Notes: generated from the letters alone by a model not told the origin. 38,649 nucleotides of DNA from Candidatus Parcubacteria bacterium (GCA_041164045.1 JBEAQD010000021.1:1-38649); one strand, 5' to 3'. Counted from the stretch's first letter, positions 7,718 to 15,316 are shown. A program made the numbers and translations.

Positions 7718-7746
7718 TTTATACACTAAAATCTTATTTTATGCAA
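7718..7746 (-). promoter_or_regulatory. Promoter of cassette B
   Basis: Minus strand TTGCAT-17-TATAAA, followed by AATAATGTCCTTCAAGTTGAGGTTTGGGATG. Confidence 0.55.
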
Positions 7747-7754
7747 ATATAGAA

Positions 7755-8519
7755 TTATACTTTTATATTGAGTTTTTTATACACCCACATCCAATACCCT
7801 ACTCCTACCAACACCAGCCACCAGAGTCCAAGCCAAGCTGAGATACCAATCCAAAAGCTCAAGCTCCAGAAACCAGACAGACTAAGCCAATAGGAAATAT
7901 TATTATCTATTTGTTTGTGATTAGCAAAAAGCAGATAGAATCCAGCAAAGGCTATAATACTGGTCACCATCCAACCAAAGAAATTCATCAATGGCACTCC
8001 ATAATACCAACCCTGTATTTCCCAAACCCAAAATCCTAAAGCCGTGGCTCCTGGATCAAGAATTAGATCAAAAGTCATCATCAAAATGGCTCCAATTAGA
8101 ATCTTGAGCCACACTTGTCTGATTTGCAACCTACTCACCAAGACCAAACTAAAGAAAAATATCGGTACCCAAGATAAACTCACTGTCCAAGGTACTAGCC
8201 CAAAGACTTTGAGATTACCAAGCACCTCACCATATACAAAATTACTATAGGGCCAACCCGTCGCAATAGCAAAAGATTCTATCAGAAGTGGATAGCTGAA
8301 CATGATTAATATTTTCCACCAATCTTGTCTCCAATTGAACCATTTTGATACCCCATATAATATAGGCAAGGCAATCAAAACATTAGTCACCTGCGAAATG
8401 ACTTGGAATATCCAAAATGGGAAAGGTAAGGCTTCTGGCCTAAAACTAAAATACACCACAAAAAATCCACTCAGGATTAAGATAATGGCTGGAATAATTA
8501 GTAATAATTTTTTCTGCAT
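7755..8519 (-). CDS. cruF: Polytopic membrane protein, carotenoid biosynthesis protein family (DUF422/CruF-like carotenoid 1,2-hydratase)
   Basis: 254 aa, about 7 TM helices. The blocks TGWPYSNFVYGEVLG..K..G.VPW and LDPGATALGFWVWE...YYGVPLMNFFGW match my recollection of the PF04240 signature. Divergently paired with a UbiA prenyltransferase, as in lyeJ-cruF loci. Confidence 0.55.
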   Translation of the reverse strand: MQKKLLLIIPAIILILSGFFVVYFSFRPEALPFPFWIFQVISQVTNVLIALPILYGVSKWFNWRQDWWKILIMFSYPLLIESFAIATGWPYSNFVYGEVLGNLKVFGLVPWTVSLSWVPIFFFSLVLVSRLQIRQVWLKILIGAILMMTFDLILDPGATALGFWVWEIQGWYYGVPLMNFFGWMVTSIIAFAGFYLLFANHKQIDNNISYWLSLSGFWSLSFWIGISAWLGLWWLVLVGVGYWMWVYKKLNIKV

Positions 8520-8553
8520 ATATGATATACTTATATTATATAATTATATCACA

Positions 8554-9393
8554 ATGAGTATTACTAAACTACTACGAATTTCTAGACCCAGATTTTGGAT
8601 TTATCTTTTAGGTCCTTATTTGATTGGAAGTATTCTTGCCTTTGAACCGATGCAAATTATCTGGCAGTGGCAATTTTGGCTTGGATTTGTCTACTTTACA
8701 CTACCGGCTAATCTCTTGATTTATGGAGTCAATGATATTTTTGATTATGAGACTGACAAACTTAACCCCAAAAAACAGAATTATGAAGCTCTAGTCACTC
8801 CGGCTGAACATACTTCGCTTTGGACTGTTATTTTGCTCACTAATATTCCTTTTATTCTAGCTATATATTGGCTAAACCCCTTGACTTTATTCGGGTGGCT
8901 TGGATTTATTATCTTGGGAGCACAATATTCAGCTTGGCCAATTCGAGCTAAGTCGAAGCCATTTTTGGATTCTATTTTTAATATTCTATATATTTTCCCT
9001 GGAGTGATTGGGTATGCTCTCTTGGCGAGTGAACTTAATCTGGACTGGAAATTATTATTAAGTGCTGGATTATGGACCATGGCTATGCATACTTATTCAG
9101 CTATACCAGATATTGAAGCTGACCGGGCTAGCTATACTCCAACTATCGCCACTGTACTGGGAGCTAAGTTGACCTTAGTGTATTGTTTTATCTGCTATAC
9201 TCTAGCTGGAATTTTGTTAGCCCAATTTAGCACTGTACTTGGGATTATAATTGCTATTGTATATGGATTTATGATTGGCTTTAGTTGGTCTCAAAATACC
9301 GCTAAAATCTTCAGATTATACACATATTTCCCAGCCCTAAACACAATAATTGGCTTGATTTTATTCTGGAGTATTGTGATTTGGTATAGGTAG
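8554..9393 (+). CDS. UbiA-family prenyltransferase, lycopene elongase (LyeJ/CrtEb)-like
   Basis: Start trimmed to MSITKLLRISRPRFW, because the ORF-track N-terminal extension overlaps cruF. Motifs NDIFDYETDKLNPKK (NDxxDxxxD), YSAWPIRAKSKPFLD and YSAIPDIEADR (second Asp-rich). Eight or nine TM helices. Confidence 0.7.
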   Translation: MSITKLLRISRPRFWIYLLGPYLIGSILAFEPMQIIWQWQFWLGFVYFTLPANLLIYGVNDIFDYETDKLNPKKQNYEALVTPAEHTSLWTVILLTNIPFILAIYWLNPLTLFGWLGFIILGAQYSAWPIRAKSKPFLDSIFNILYIFPGVIGYALLASELNLDWKLLLSAGLWTMAMHTYSAIPDIEADRASYTPTIATVLGAKLTLVYCFICYTLAGILLAQFSTVLGIIIAIVYGFMIGFSWSQNTAKIFRLYTYFPALNTIIGLILFWSIVIWYR

Positions 9394-9406
9394 CTTACAA
9401 AAACCC

Positions 9407-9439
9407 TTGACAAATTCTAAGAAATGTGGTATTTATAAT
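9407..9439 (+). promoter_or_regulatory. Strong promoter of candidate ncRNA-a
   Basis: TTGACA at 9407-9412, with TATTTA/TATAAT options 17-21 nt downstream. The 18-nt core AAAAACCCTTGACAAATT (9399-9416) is identical to 15968-15985. Confidence 0.6.
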
Positions 9440-9442
9440 AAG

Positions 9443-9566
9443 TATTGAGTTTAGAGACCAAAAACCCTACGAGCATCGCCTTGATGTTCATCAAATGGTC
9501 TACCTAAACCAATACACCTTATAATTTTCCACACACACTCCCCGGCTAAGGCCGGGGTCTTTTTTT
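9443..9566 (+). ncRNA. Candidate small structured RNA (ncRNA-a, about 120 nt), family unknown
   Basis: No ORF. 5' GUAUUG-GUUUAG-AGACC pairs with GGUCU-CUAAAC-CAAUAC, enclosing a UUGAU-GUUC-AUCAA hairpin. Ends in the intrinsic terminator CCCCGGC UAAG GCCGGGG UCUUUUUUU (9540-9566). Confidence 0.45.
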
Positions 9567-9587
9567 GCCAAATTATTATATTATAAA

Positions 9588-10108
9588 TCTCCCGTAGCGG
9601 AGGCTTTTTACCCCCTCTCATACATCGTTTGTGAGGGGGGCGATCTTTGTTCTAAAAATTCCCCTCTCCTCCCAAGGCGGATTTCATTGAGGGGTGCTCA
9701 TAGGGCGGGGTGGATGCATTTTATCCCTCTTTGGAGAGGGGGAACCGCTTGCGGTGGGTGTGGATAGAATTTACAATTCAAAATCTATAATGTATAACTA
9801 CAGATCAACTATTCCACCCCGTCCTCTCCTAAACAAAAGTATAGGAGGGACCACCCCTCAAGGAGGGGAATTTAGCTCAGTCCACATCGTCCATAAAGGT
9901 CATCTACTCCAAAGGGAGACAAAAATCTCAAATACCCTGTCCCCCTTTGGAGGGGGAAGCCTGCAAGGCGGGGGTGGATAAAACATAAGCTAGAGCTCAA
10001 TCCACCACCGGCACTCCGTGCCACCTCCTCCAAAGGAGGACAAAGTAAAAAACCATGGGCGACTGAAAGGTTGAGTACATCCGCCTCGGGCGTGACGCCC
10101 CTACGATC
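9588..10108. repeat. GC-rich mosaic hairpin repeat locus R3 (largest, about 520 bp)
   Basis: Concatenated hairpin modules. Shared blocks: 9722-9770 with R2; 9907-9926 identical to 31715-31734; 9939-9978 with 31610-31650; 9652-9700 inverted copy of 15824-15867. The end motif GGCGACTGAAAGG...CGCCCCTACGAT relates to the R4 TIR. Confidence 0.8.
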
Positions 10109-10123
10109 AAAATGAAACTTTAT

Positions 10124-11626
10124 CTACCCCTCTCCTCTCAATGGACTGTCTTGTTTTATTTTGGCTATTCTTTTATAGACCATCTCTGCACTAATCAGTT
10201 GGATGGGGACTCCAATACCTGGATTGGTTCCTGCCCCTACATAGTATAGATTTTTGACTTTTTTGGAATAATTATTAGGTCTGAAGATTGCAGTTTGATT
10301 AATAGTATGAGCAAGCCCAAGAGCTGTACCCTGATAAGCATTGTAATCTTGCTGGAAATCTTTGACACTATATAATCTCTTGTAAATAATTCTATTTTGC
10401 AAATCGGGTATATCCATCTCTTCTTGCATAATATTGAGAACCTTATCAGCATAGGCTTCTAATTGCTCCTCAGTATACTCGAGTCCAGCCGCAATTGGGA
10501 CAAGTATAAATAAATTCTCATCCTCAGCAGGGGCGACACTAGGGTCGGTCTTGGATGGAGCACAGACATATAGAGAAGGATCTTCTGGCCACATAGGATC
10601 ATCAAAAATTTGTTTAAAATTCTTCCTCCAATCTTGAGAGAATAAGAGGTTATGATGTACCAAGCTATCCACTTTACCTTTGATCCCAAGATACATAATA
10701 AGCGCTGAAGGAGCTAGGACTTTTTTATCCCAATATTTCTCATCATATTGGCGATGCTGGGCTGGTAATAGATTTAGCTCGGTATGAGTCATATCGGCAT
10801 TCGACACCACTATATCTGCTTTTATAATTTCACGAGACTCAAGCTCTACTCCTGAGGCCTTACCATTTTCTACAATAATTTGTCTCACTCCATTGCCACT
10901 AACCAAATTTACTCCATTTTTCTTGGAGATATTAACCAGAGCTTCAGTAATTTTATACATACCACCTTGTGGGTAAAAAACTCCCATATTAAAGTCAATA
11001 TGATTCATAATACTGTATAGAGCTGGTGTATTATAGGGAGAGCTACCGAGGAATACTAGAGGATATTGGAGAATTTTTTTGACTAAGTCATTTTTGAAAT
11101 ATTTACTCACATAGGAATCCATATCACTGAATACAGACAATTTGGAGCCTTCTATCATAGTCCTGAAGTTTATAAAATCAAAGATAGAGTCATAATTCTT
11201 ATACATAAAGCCATCTTTGGCAATTTCATATTGCTGTCGAGCTTTGTCTAAATATTCTTTTAATTTCTCTCCTGATCCTGGTTCTAACTCCTCCAAAACA
11301 GGGATATCCCGCTCTAAATCTGAGAACATATCGATAATTTTATTATCATCTTTGAAAAATATACGATAAGAAGGCTCTAGCCGAATCAAGTCCAAGTGAT
11401 CCTCTACCTTCTCCCCCATAAATTCAAAAAAATTCTCAAATACATCTGGCATCAGATACCAAGACGGTCCCATATCAAACTTGAATCCCTCAGCCTCAAA
11501 GATATTGGCTCGTCCTCCTAAATTAGAGTTTTTCTCATATAAACTCACTTCATATCCTTTCTTGGCCAAGATACAAGCAGTAGCAAGCCCACCAATTCCT
11601 CCACCGATAATAATTACTTTTTGCAT
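10124..11626 (-). CDS. Phytoene desaturase family FAD-dependent oxidoreductase (CrtI/CrtD-like)
   Basis: 500 aa. N-terminal dinucleotide fold IIIGGGIGGLATACILAKKGYEVSLYEKNSNLGGRA. C-terminal YYVGAGTNPGIGVP signature of the CrtI family. Confidence 0.8.
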   Translation of the reverse strand: MQKVIIIGGGIGGLATACILAKKGYEVSLYEKNSNLGGRANIFEAEGFKFDMGPSWYLMPDVFENFFEFMGEKVEDHLDLIRLEPSYRIFFKDDNKIIDMFSDLERDIPVLEELEPGSGEKLKEYLDKARQQYEIAKDGFMYKNYDSIFDFINFRTMIEGSKLSVFSDMDSYVSKYFKNDLVKKILQYPLVFLGSSPYNTPALYSIMNHIDFNMGVFYPQGGMYKITEALVNISKKNGVNLVSGNGVRQIIVENGKASGVELESREIIKADIVVSNADMTHTELNLLPAQHRQYDEKYWDKKVLAPSALIMYLGIKGKVDSLVHHNLLFSQDWRKNFKQIFDDPMWPEDPSLYVCAPSKTDPSVAPAEDENLFILVPIAAGLEYTEEQLEAYADKVLNIMQEEMDIPDLQNRIIYKRLYSVKDFQQDYNAYQGTALGLAHTINQTAIFRPNNYSKKVKNLYYVGAGTNPGIGVPIQLISAEMVYKRIAKIKQDSPLRGEG

Positions 11627-11718
11627 ACTATTACTAATTTAACTTATTCTATTTATATCATACCATAAATTAAGATATAAAAGTATGTTATAATATATTT
11701 GCTTTCTCTTGAGGGTAT

Positions 11719-11911
11719 TATGCCTGATTGGCAGTTTTTTCTAATCTGGTCCGCAGTAATCTTTATATTGGCTGCTATAAGCTTTAGATTTCATCTACTA
11801 ACCCCAGAAGATAAAAGAACTGAAGGAAGATTGCAACCTTTTAATTTTTTTCTTTTAGTGGCAATACCTATCTTAGTTTTAGCTTATGTACTATATTTGT
11901 TATCTAAATGA
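11719..11911 (+). CDS. Small two-TM membrane protein (63 aa)
   Basis: ATG at 11719 preceded by GAGGG at suitable spacing; the ORF-track start at 11699 is less likely. Two hydrophobic helices. Followed by a terminator. Confidence 0.45.
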
Positions 11912-11928
11912 TACTTATAATCAAAAAA

Positions 11929-11965
11929 GCCTCGGAGTAACACCTCACGAGGCTAATTTTTATTG
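11929..11965. terminator. Bidirectional terminator between convergent genes
   Basis: GCCTCG-loop-CGAGGC stem flanked by AAAAAA upstream and TAATTTTTATT downstream. Confidence 0.55.
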
Positions 11966-12017
11966 TTGTTATATCAAACTTATATAGTACTAATATTTTT
12001 GATTATTATATTGATTA

Positions 12018-12311
12018 CTATTCAACTACCGGCTCAGACATTTCTGGAGACATCATTACATTCTTAATCACATCTGAGTCCAAAGGATCGGTTACTTCTA
12101 AATTCTCCGCAGGCAGAACTTCTGATTCCACTGATCCTGAATTTGATGACACGGTATTAGATATAGGTTCAACCTCAGGACTAACGTTATTAAGAGTTTC
12201 AAACTCTAGATTCGAAAACTGTCCATAGAATAATAGAGACACAGAGGCAATGGTAAATACCAACAAGAGATAAGATGTAGAATTACTAATTTTAGTATGT
12301 AAGATTTTCAT
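12018..12311 (-). CDS. Hypothetical N-terminally anchored acidic protein
   Basis: 97-aa ORF with one N-terminal hydrophobic segment and a Ser/Glu-rich tail. Confidence 0.4.
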   Translation of the reverse strand: MKILHTKISNSTSYLLLVFTIASVSLLFYGQFSNLEFETLNNVSPEVEPISNTVSSNSGSVESEVLPAENLEVTDPLDSDVIKNVMMSPEMSEPVVE

Positions 12312-12441
12312 ATAGTTTATATTTATTAATTATTAATAATTATAAATACATTATATATCATATTATATTTTTATGCAATAGTTGTTAGACTGTAGCAAAA
12401 AAAGAATTTGTATGTTAAAATTTTAACAATCACTATAATAT

Positions 12442-13743
12442 ATGGTTAGAAAATTTATCAAAAAGCAATATAATAGCTCTCTTTTTAGAGGTGGCGTGAT
12501 TATGTTTATAAGCTCATTTGGCGTAGGAGCTTTGAATTATGTATTTAACATTGTGGTGGCGAGAATTTTGGACAAAGATCAATATGGTGCTTTTTCTAGT
12601 CTTTTTTCATTGCTAACTATTTTACTTATTATAGGTGGTGGGATTAGTTTAGTATTAATAAAATTCTCAGCTGTATTATATGCAAAAAAAGACTATCCTA
12701 GTTTAGCCTCATTTATCCGTACTTCTTTTTATTATTTAGGACTAGCTTCTATTGCCTTAATGATTGTATTCGGTATTGCTAGTCCATTTATATATGACTT
12801 TTTGAAATTAGAATCTTTTGGGCCATTGATTATATTAGCTCTATCTGTAGGATTAGCTTTGACTGGGTCAGTGGGTGGAAGTATCCTAAAGGGAATTCAG
12901 CATTTTGCTCAATCATCTGGCTCTAGTCTATTTGGAGCTATTATGAAAATAGTAGCATTGTTTATATTCACCCTACCATTCTGGCCAATGTCTCCAGTCA
13001 CTGGAGCTATGTTATCTGTGCCTGTTTCTGCTATTATGATGATATTACTGGATTTATTCTTCTTAAAGGATATTTTAGGCCAATATAATCCTAAAAAACC
13101 TAAGCTTCCTCATTTCAAATGGAGAGATGTATTACTTTACAGTATTCCCGCTACCTTGGCTGTCTTAGGAATTACAATGTTAAACTCAATCGATGTAATA
13201 CTAGCTCGAAATTACTTATCCCCAGAGGCTTCTGGAGATTATGCAGCTCTTGCCACTTTAGGTAAAATTATATTCTTCGCTACTTCCGCCATTCCTATGG
13301 CTATGTTCCCTATTGTATCAGCTCGCCATGCTGTCAATGAACCACATCGTAAAATGCTATTTGCTTCTTTTGGAGTTGTGGGATTAATGAGTTTAGTGGC
13401 TTTTGGGTTTTATCAGTTTTTCCCAGAATTGATTATAAAGATATTAATTGGAGAAAAGTTTTTGACTATTGCCCCATTATTAGGTAAATTTGCCCTAATT
13501 ATGGGAATGTATTCTCTGATCAATGTATTAGTCAATTATTATATATCTATTCAAAAATATACTCTGAGTATACTACCAATATTAGCTAGCCTAGTTCTAA
13601 TCGGGATGCTAGTTTATAAACCAAGCACGGTGGAGCAAATTGTCAATACAGTCTTCTGGAATATGACTGGATTATTTGTAATTACGATTATTGTAAGTAT
13701 TTATCAAAGTTGGAGTAAGAAAAAACAAAATTTGATAAATTAA
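12442..13743 (+). CDS. Oligosaccharide/polysaccharide flippase family protein (Wzx/MOP superfamily)
   Basis: 433 aa, about 12-14 TM helices. Overall pattern typical of polysaccharide biosynthesis flippases. Confidence 0.65.
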   Translation: MVRKFIKKQYNSSLFRGGVIMFISSFGVGALNYVFNIVVARILDKDQYGAFSSLFSLLTILLIIGGGISLVLIKFSAVLYAKKDYPSLASFIRTSFYYLGLASIALMIVFGIASPFIYDFLKLESFGPLIILALSVGLALTGSVGGSILKGIQHFAQSSGSSLFGAIMKIVALFIFTLPFWPMSPVTGAMLSVPVSAIMMILLDLFFLKDILGQYNPKKPKLPHFKWRDVLLYSIPATLAVLGITMLNSIDVILARNYLSPEASGDYAALATLGKIIFFATSAIPMAMFPIVSARHAVNEPHRKMLFASFGVVGLMSLVAFGFYQFFPELIIKILIGEKFLTIAPLLGKFALIMGMYSLINVLVNYYISIQKYTLSILPILASLVLIGMLVYKPSTVEQIVNTVFWNMTGLFVITIIVSIYQSWSKKKQNLIN

Positions 13744-13795
13744 AACTTTTGTGATATATTAGATTTACATTGTTGTTCTTTTTGGAGAATTACTT

Positions 13796-14110
13796 GTGAA
13801 AACACGAGACTCAAATAATGGAGGTCATAATAAACCAAACCCACCTTGGGGATTCAAAGAACAAAATCCCCGCAGTAAAATCGCTGAAGATGTAAGAAAA
13901 TTAATCATTAGTTTGATAGTAGAGTATCAAATTCAATACAATCAATATATCACAGCCATTGAAGTTTGGAAGGTATTTAATTCTCATCCTAGTATTAGAA
14001 ATCATAGAGACTATAATTTTCATTTATTAACGACTCTCCCTAATTGTCCAATAAAGGCGAAGTTAGATGTAGACAACGCTGGGAATATCATTGTAATCCA
14101 ACCCGAGTAA
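13796..14110 (+). CDS. Hypothetical small protein (104 aa, GTG start)
   Basis: GTG start 8 nt after GGAG. The terminator CCCGAGTA-loop-TACTCGGG TTTT overlaps the stop codon. Confidence 0.45.
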   Translation: MKTRDSNNGGHNKPNPPWGFKEQNPRSKIAEDVRKLIISLIVEYQIQYNQYITAIEVWKVFNSHPSIRNHRDYNFHLLTTLPNCPIKAKLDVDNAGNIIVIQPE

Positions 14111-14130
14111 CTACTGTGTACTCGGGTTTT
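14102..14130 (+). terminator. Rho-independent terminator
   Basis: Perfect 8-bp stem CCCGAGTA/TACTCGGG followed by TTTT. Confidence 0.6.
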
Positions 14131-14142
14131 AAGTTAAATACT

Positions 14143-14170
14143 AAAAAGCCACTATGCCGAAGCATGTGGC
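14143..14170 (-). terminator. Rho-independent terminator of the 14606..14185 two-gene unit
   Basis: Minus strand GCCACAUGC UUCG GCAUAGUGGC followed by UUUUU. Confidence 0.6.
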
Positions 14171-14184
14171 TCATAAAAATGTAA

Positions 14185-14424
14185 TTAAATTTTTATTTTA
14201 CGACTTATTTTTCGCCACAATAAGTACCAAATATTGATCCGCACTCCATTAAGCTCTAATATTGCTCTTTTATATCTTTTTTCCAGATTTATAAAGTATC
14301 TATCAAACTTATCTGGATCTTCAAAATATAATCTATCAAAACTTAATAATCGCCTATATTCAATTTGTGATTTCACATTTCTAAACAGCTGTCTAATTGT
14401 GACAAAGCTAGATTGTGATGTCAT
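14185..14424 (-). CDS. Hypothetical small basic protein (79 aa)
   Basis: Its start overlaps the stop of the upstream membrane peptide in an ATGA arrangement, indicating translational coupling. Confidence 0.45.
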   Translation of the reverse strand: MTSQSSFVTIRQLFRNVKSQIEYRRLLSFDRLYFEDPDKFDRYFINLEKRYKRAILELNGVRINIWYLLWRKISRKIKI

Positions 14425-14606
14425 GTTAAAATTCTAACAATTGAGGAGTTTTTATTGTCATTTTTATCTTGTTGCCAAGCTAAAAGAACTATACCAAAGC
14501 CTGAAATTAGTAAGAGTATTAATACACTGACACATGCACCAATGAAACTTATTCTTGATTGTGGTTGAAGTGGATTCGACATAACCAGATAAATGTCAAG
14601 GTACAT
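14421..14606 (-). CDS. Small single-TM membrane peptide (61 aa; alternative start MSNPLQ at 14582)
   Basis: Central hydrophobic helix FIGACVSVLILLLISGFGIVLLAW. ATGA overlap with the downstream ORF. Confidence 0.4.
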   Translation of the reverse strand: MYLDIYLVMSNPLQPQSRISFIGACVSVLILLLISGFGIVLLAWQQDKNDNKNSSIVRILT

Positions 14607-14649
14607 ATTTTATATAACATATCTCTAAAAATAAGACAAGTAATTAAAA

Positions 14650-14674
14650 ATCTGGCAACAGTGTGTGCCAGATT
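14650..14674 (-). terminator. Rho-independent terminator
   Basis: Minus strand AUCUGGCA-loop-UGCCAGAU followed by UUUUUAAUUA. Confidence 0.55.
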
Positions 14675-14693
14675 TTGATGTAGGATGTAGCAA

Positions 14694-14864
14694 TTAATCA
14701 TACACAATATTGCCACCCACTATGCGTGGAGGGTTTGTGCGATCCTGATATGCTCGCCTTGCCTCTTCACGCATAGTGGCTTGAATAAACTGGGTCAAAC
14801 GGATTTCTTTTTCTGTCCTACCAAGGGAATGATTACCGAACTCAAAATGATTTTGATGAGACAT
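14694..14864 (-). CDS. Possible 56-aa ORF (below the ORF-track cutoff)
   Basis: Translated by hand as MSHQNHFEFGNHSLGRTEKEIRLTQFIQATMREEARRAYQDRTNPPRIVGGNIVYD. Bracketed by the TTGACA-16-TAATAT promoter (14895-14922) and a terminator (14650-14674). Confidence 0.35.
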   Translation of the reverse strand: MSHQNHFEFGNHSLGRTEKEIRLTQFIQATMREEARRAYQDRTNPPRIVGGNIVYD

Positions 14865-14894
14865 TTTTATTATGCATTGGCATAGGCAAAAACT

Positions 14895-14922
14895 ATATTA
14901 TCACAACCAAAAAATTTGTCAA
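14895..14922 (-). promoter_or_regulatory. Sigma70-type promoter for 14694..14864
   Basis: Minus strand TTGACA (14922-14917), 16-nt spacer, TAATAT (14900-14895). Confidence 0.55.
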
Positions 14923-14978
14923 TAGCATATATGAAAGCCCCCGCAGTTTACCTACGGGGGCGATTAGAATCTAAGATA

Positions 14979-15254
14979 TTATTTCCAACATAGTCCCCAT
15001 CTCTGATACCAAGGCTTCTGCCTTATTAAAGAGCATCTTGCCTTTGGGTCATCTGGCTCTGGAAAAGTTTTGTCACTAAAAAATGTATACAAACCATTTT
15101 TTGCTAAAGATAATATGTACCCAGGATTGGGTGCTGACATAGTTGGTGTATATACCCTCAAAGCCAGTACCGAAACAGATATAAGGACATACGTTAATAT
15201 TGTTCTCTTACGCACTGGGTGTGATCGCAAATTTGAGTGTTCTTTGTTTTCCAT
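14979..15254 (-). CDS. Hypothetical small membrane-associated protein (91 aa)
   Basis: ORF with a TTTACA-17-TATAAA promoter (15281-15309) and the GCCCCCG...CGGGGGC terminator hairpin (14937-14961). Confidence 0.45.
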   Translation of the reverse strand: MENKEHSNLRSHPVRKRTILTYVLISVSVLALRVYTPTMSAPNPGYILSLAKNGLYTFFSDKTFPEPDDPKARCSLIRQKPWYQRWGLCWK

Positions 15255-15316
15255 GATTTTTGACAGCAGAGGTCGACATATTTATATCATATCTGACAAA
15301 CTTTGTAAAGTCTAAT

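Noticed and set aside
8302-8553. The 84-aa N-terminal extension of the prenyltransferase ORF given in the ORF track.
   Set aside because: It overlaps the cruF coding region on the opposite strand. The family-typical N-terminus (RISRPRFW) starts right after the Met at 8554.
8044-9080. ORFs at 8044-8250 (plus) and 8781-9080 (minus).
   Set aside because: They are antisense to cruF and to the prenyltransferase respectively.
9694-9981. A 95-aa Gly/Pro-rich ORF on the plus strand.
   Set aside because: It lies entirely within repeat locus R3. The low-complexity translation is produced by the G-rich hairpin modules.
10237-10689. Minus-strand ORFs at 10237-10452 and 10459-10689.
   Set aside because: They are alternative frames inside the CrtI-family gene, with no support.
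12327-12342. A perfect 16-bp palindrome, TAATTATTAATAATTA, in the divergent promoter region between 12311 and 12442. It could be an operator.
   Set aside because: It is pure A/T sequence in an extremely AT-rich intergenic region, so palindromes of this kind are expected by chance. There is no second copy or other supporting feature.
14234-15315. Plus-strand ORFs at 14234-14437 and 15070-15315.
   Set aside because: They are antisense to small ORFs that have matching promoter and terminator signals on the minus strand. No plus-strand signals are present.
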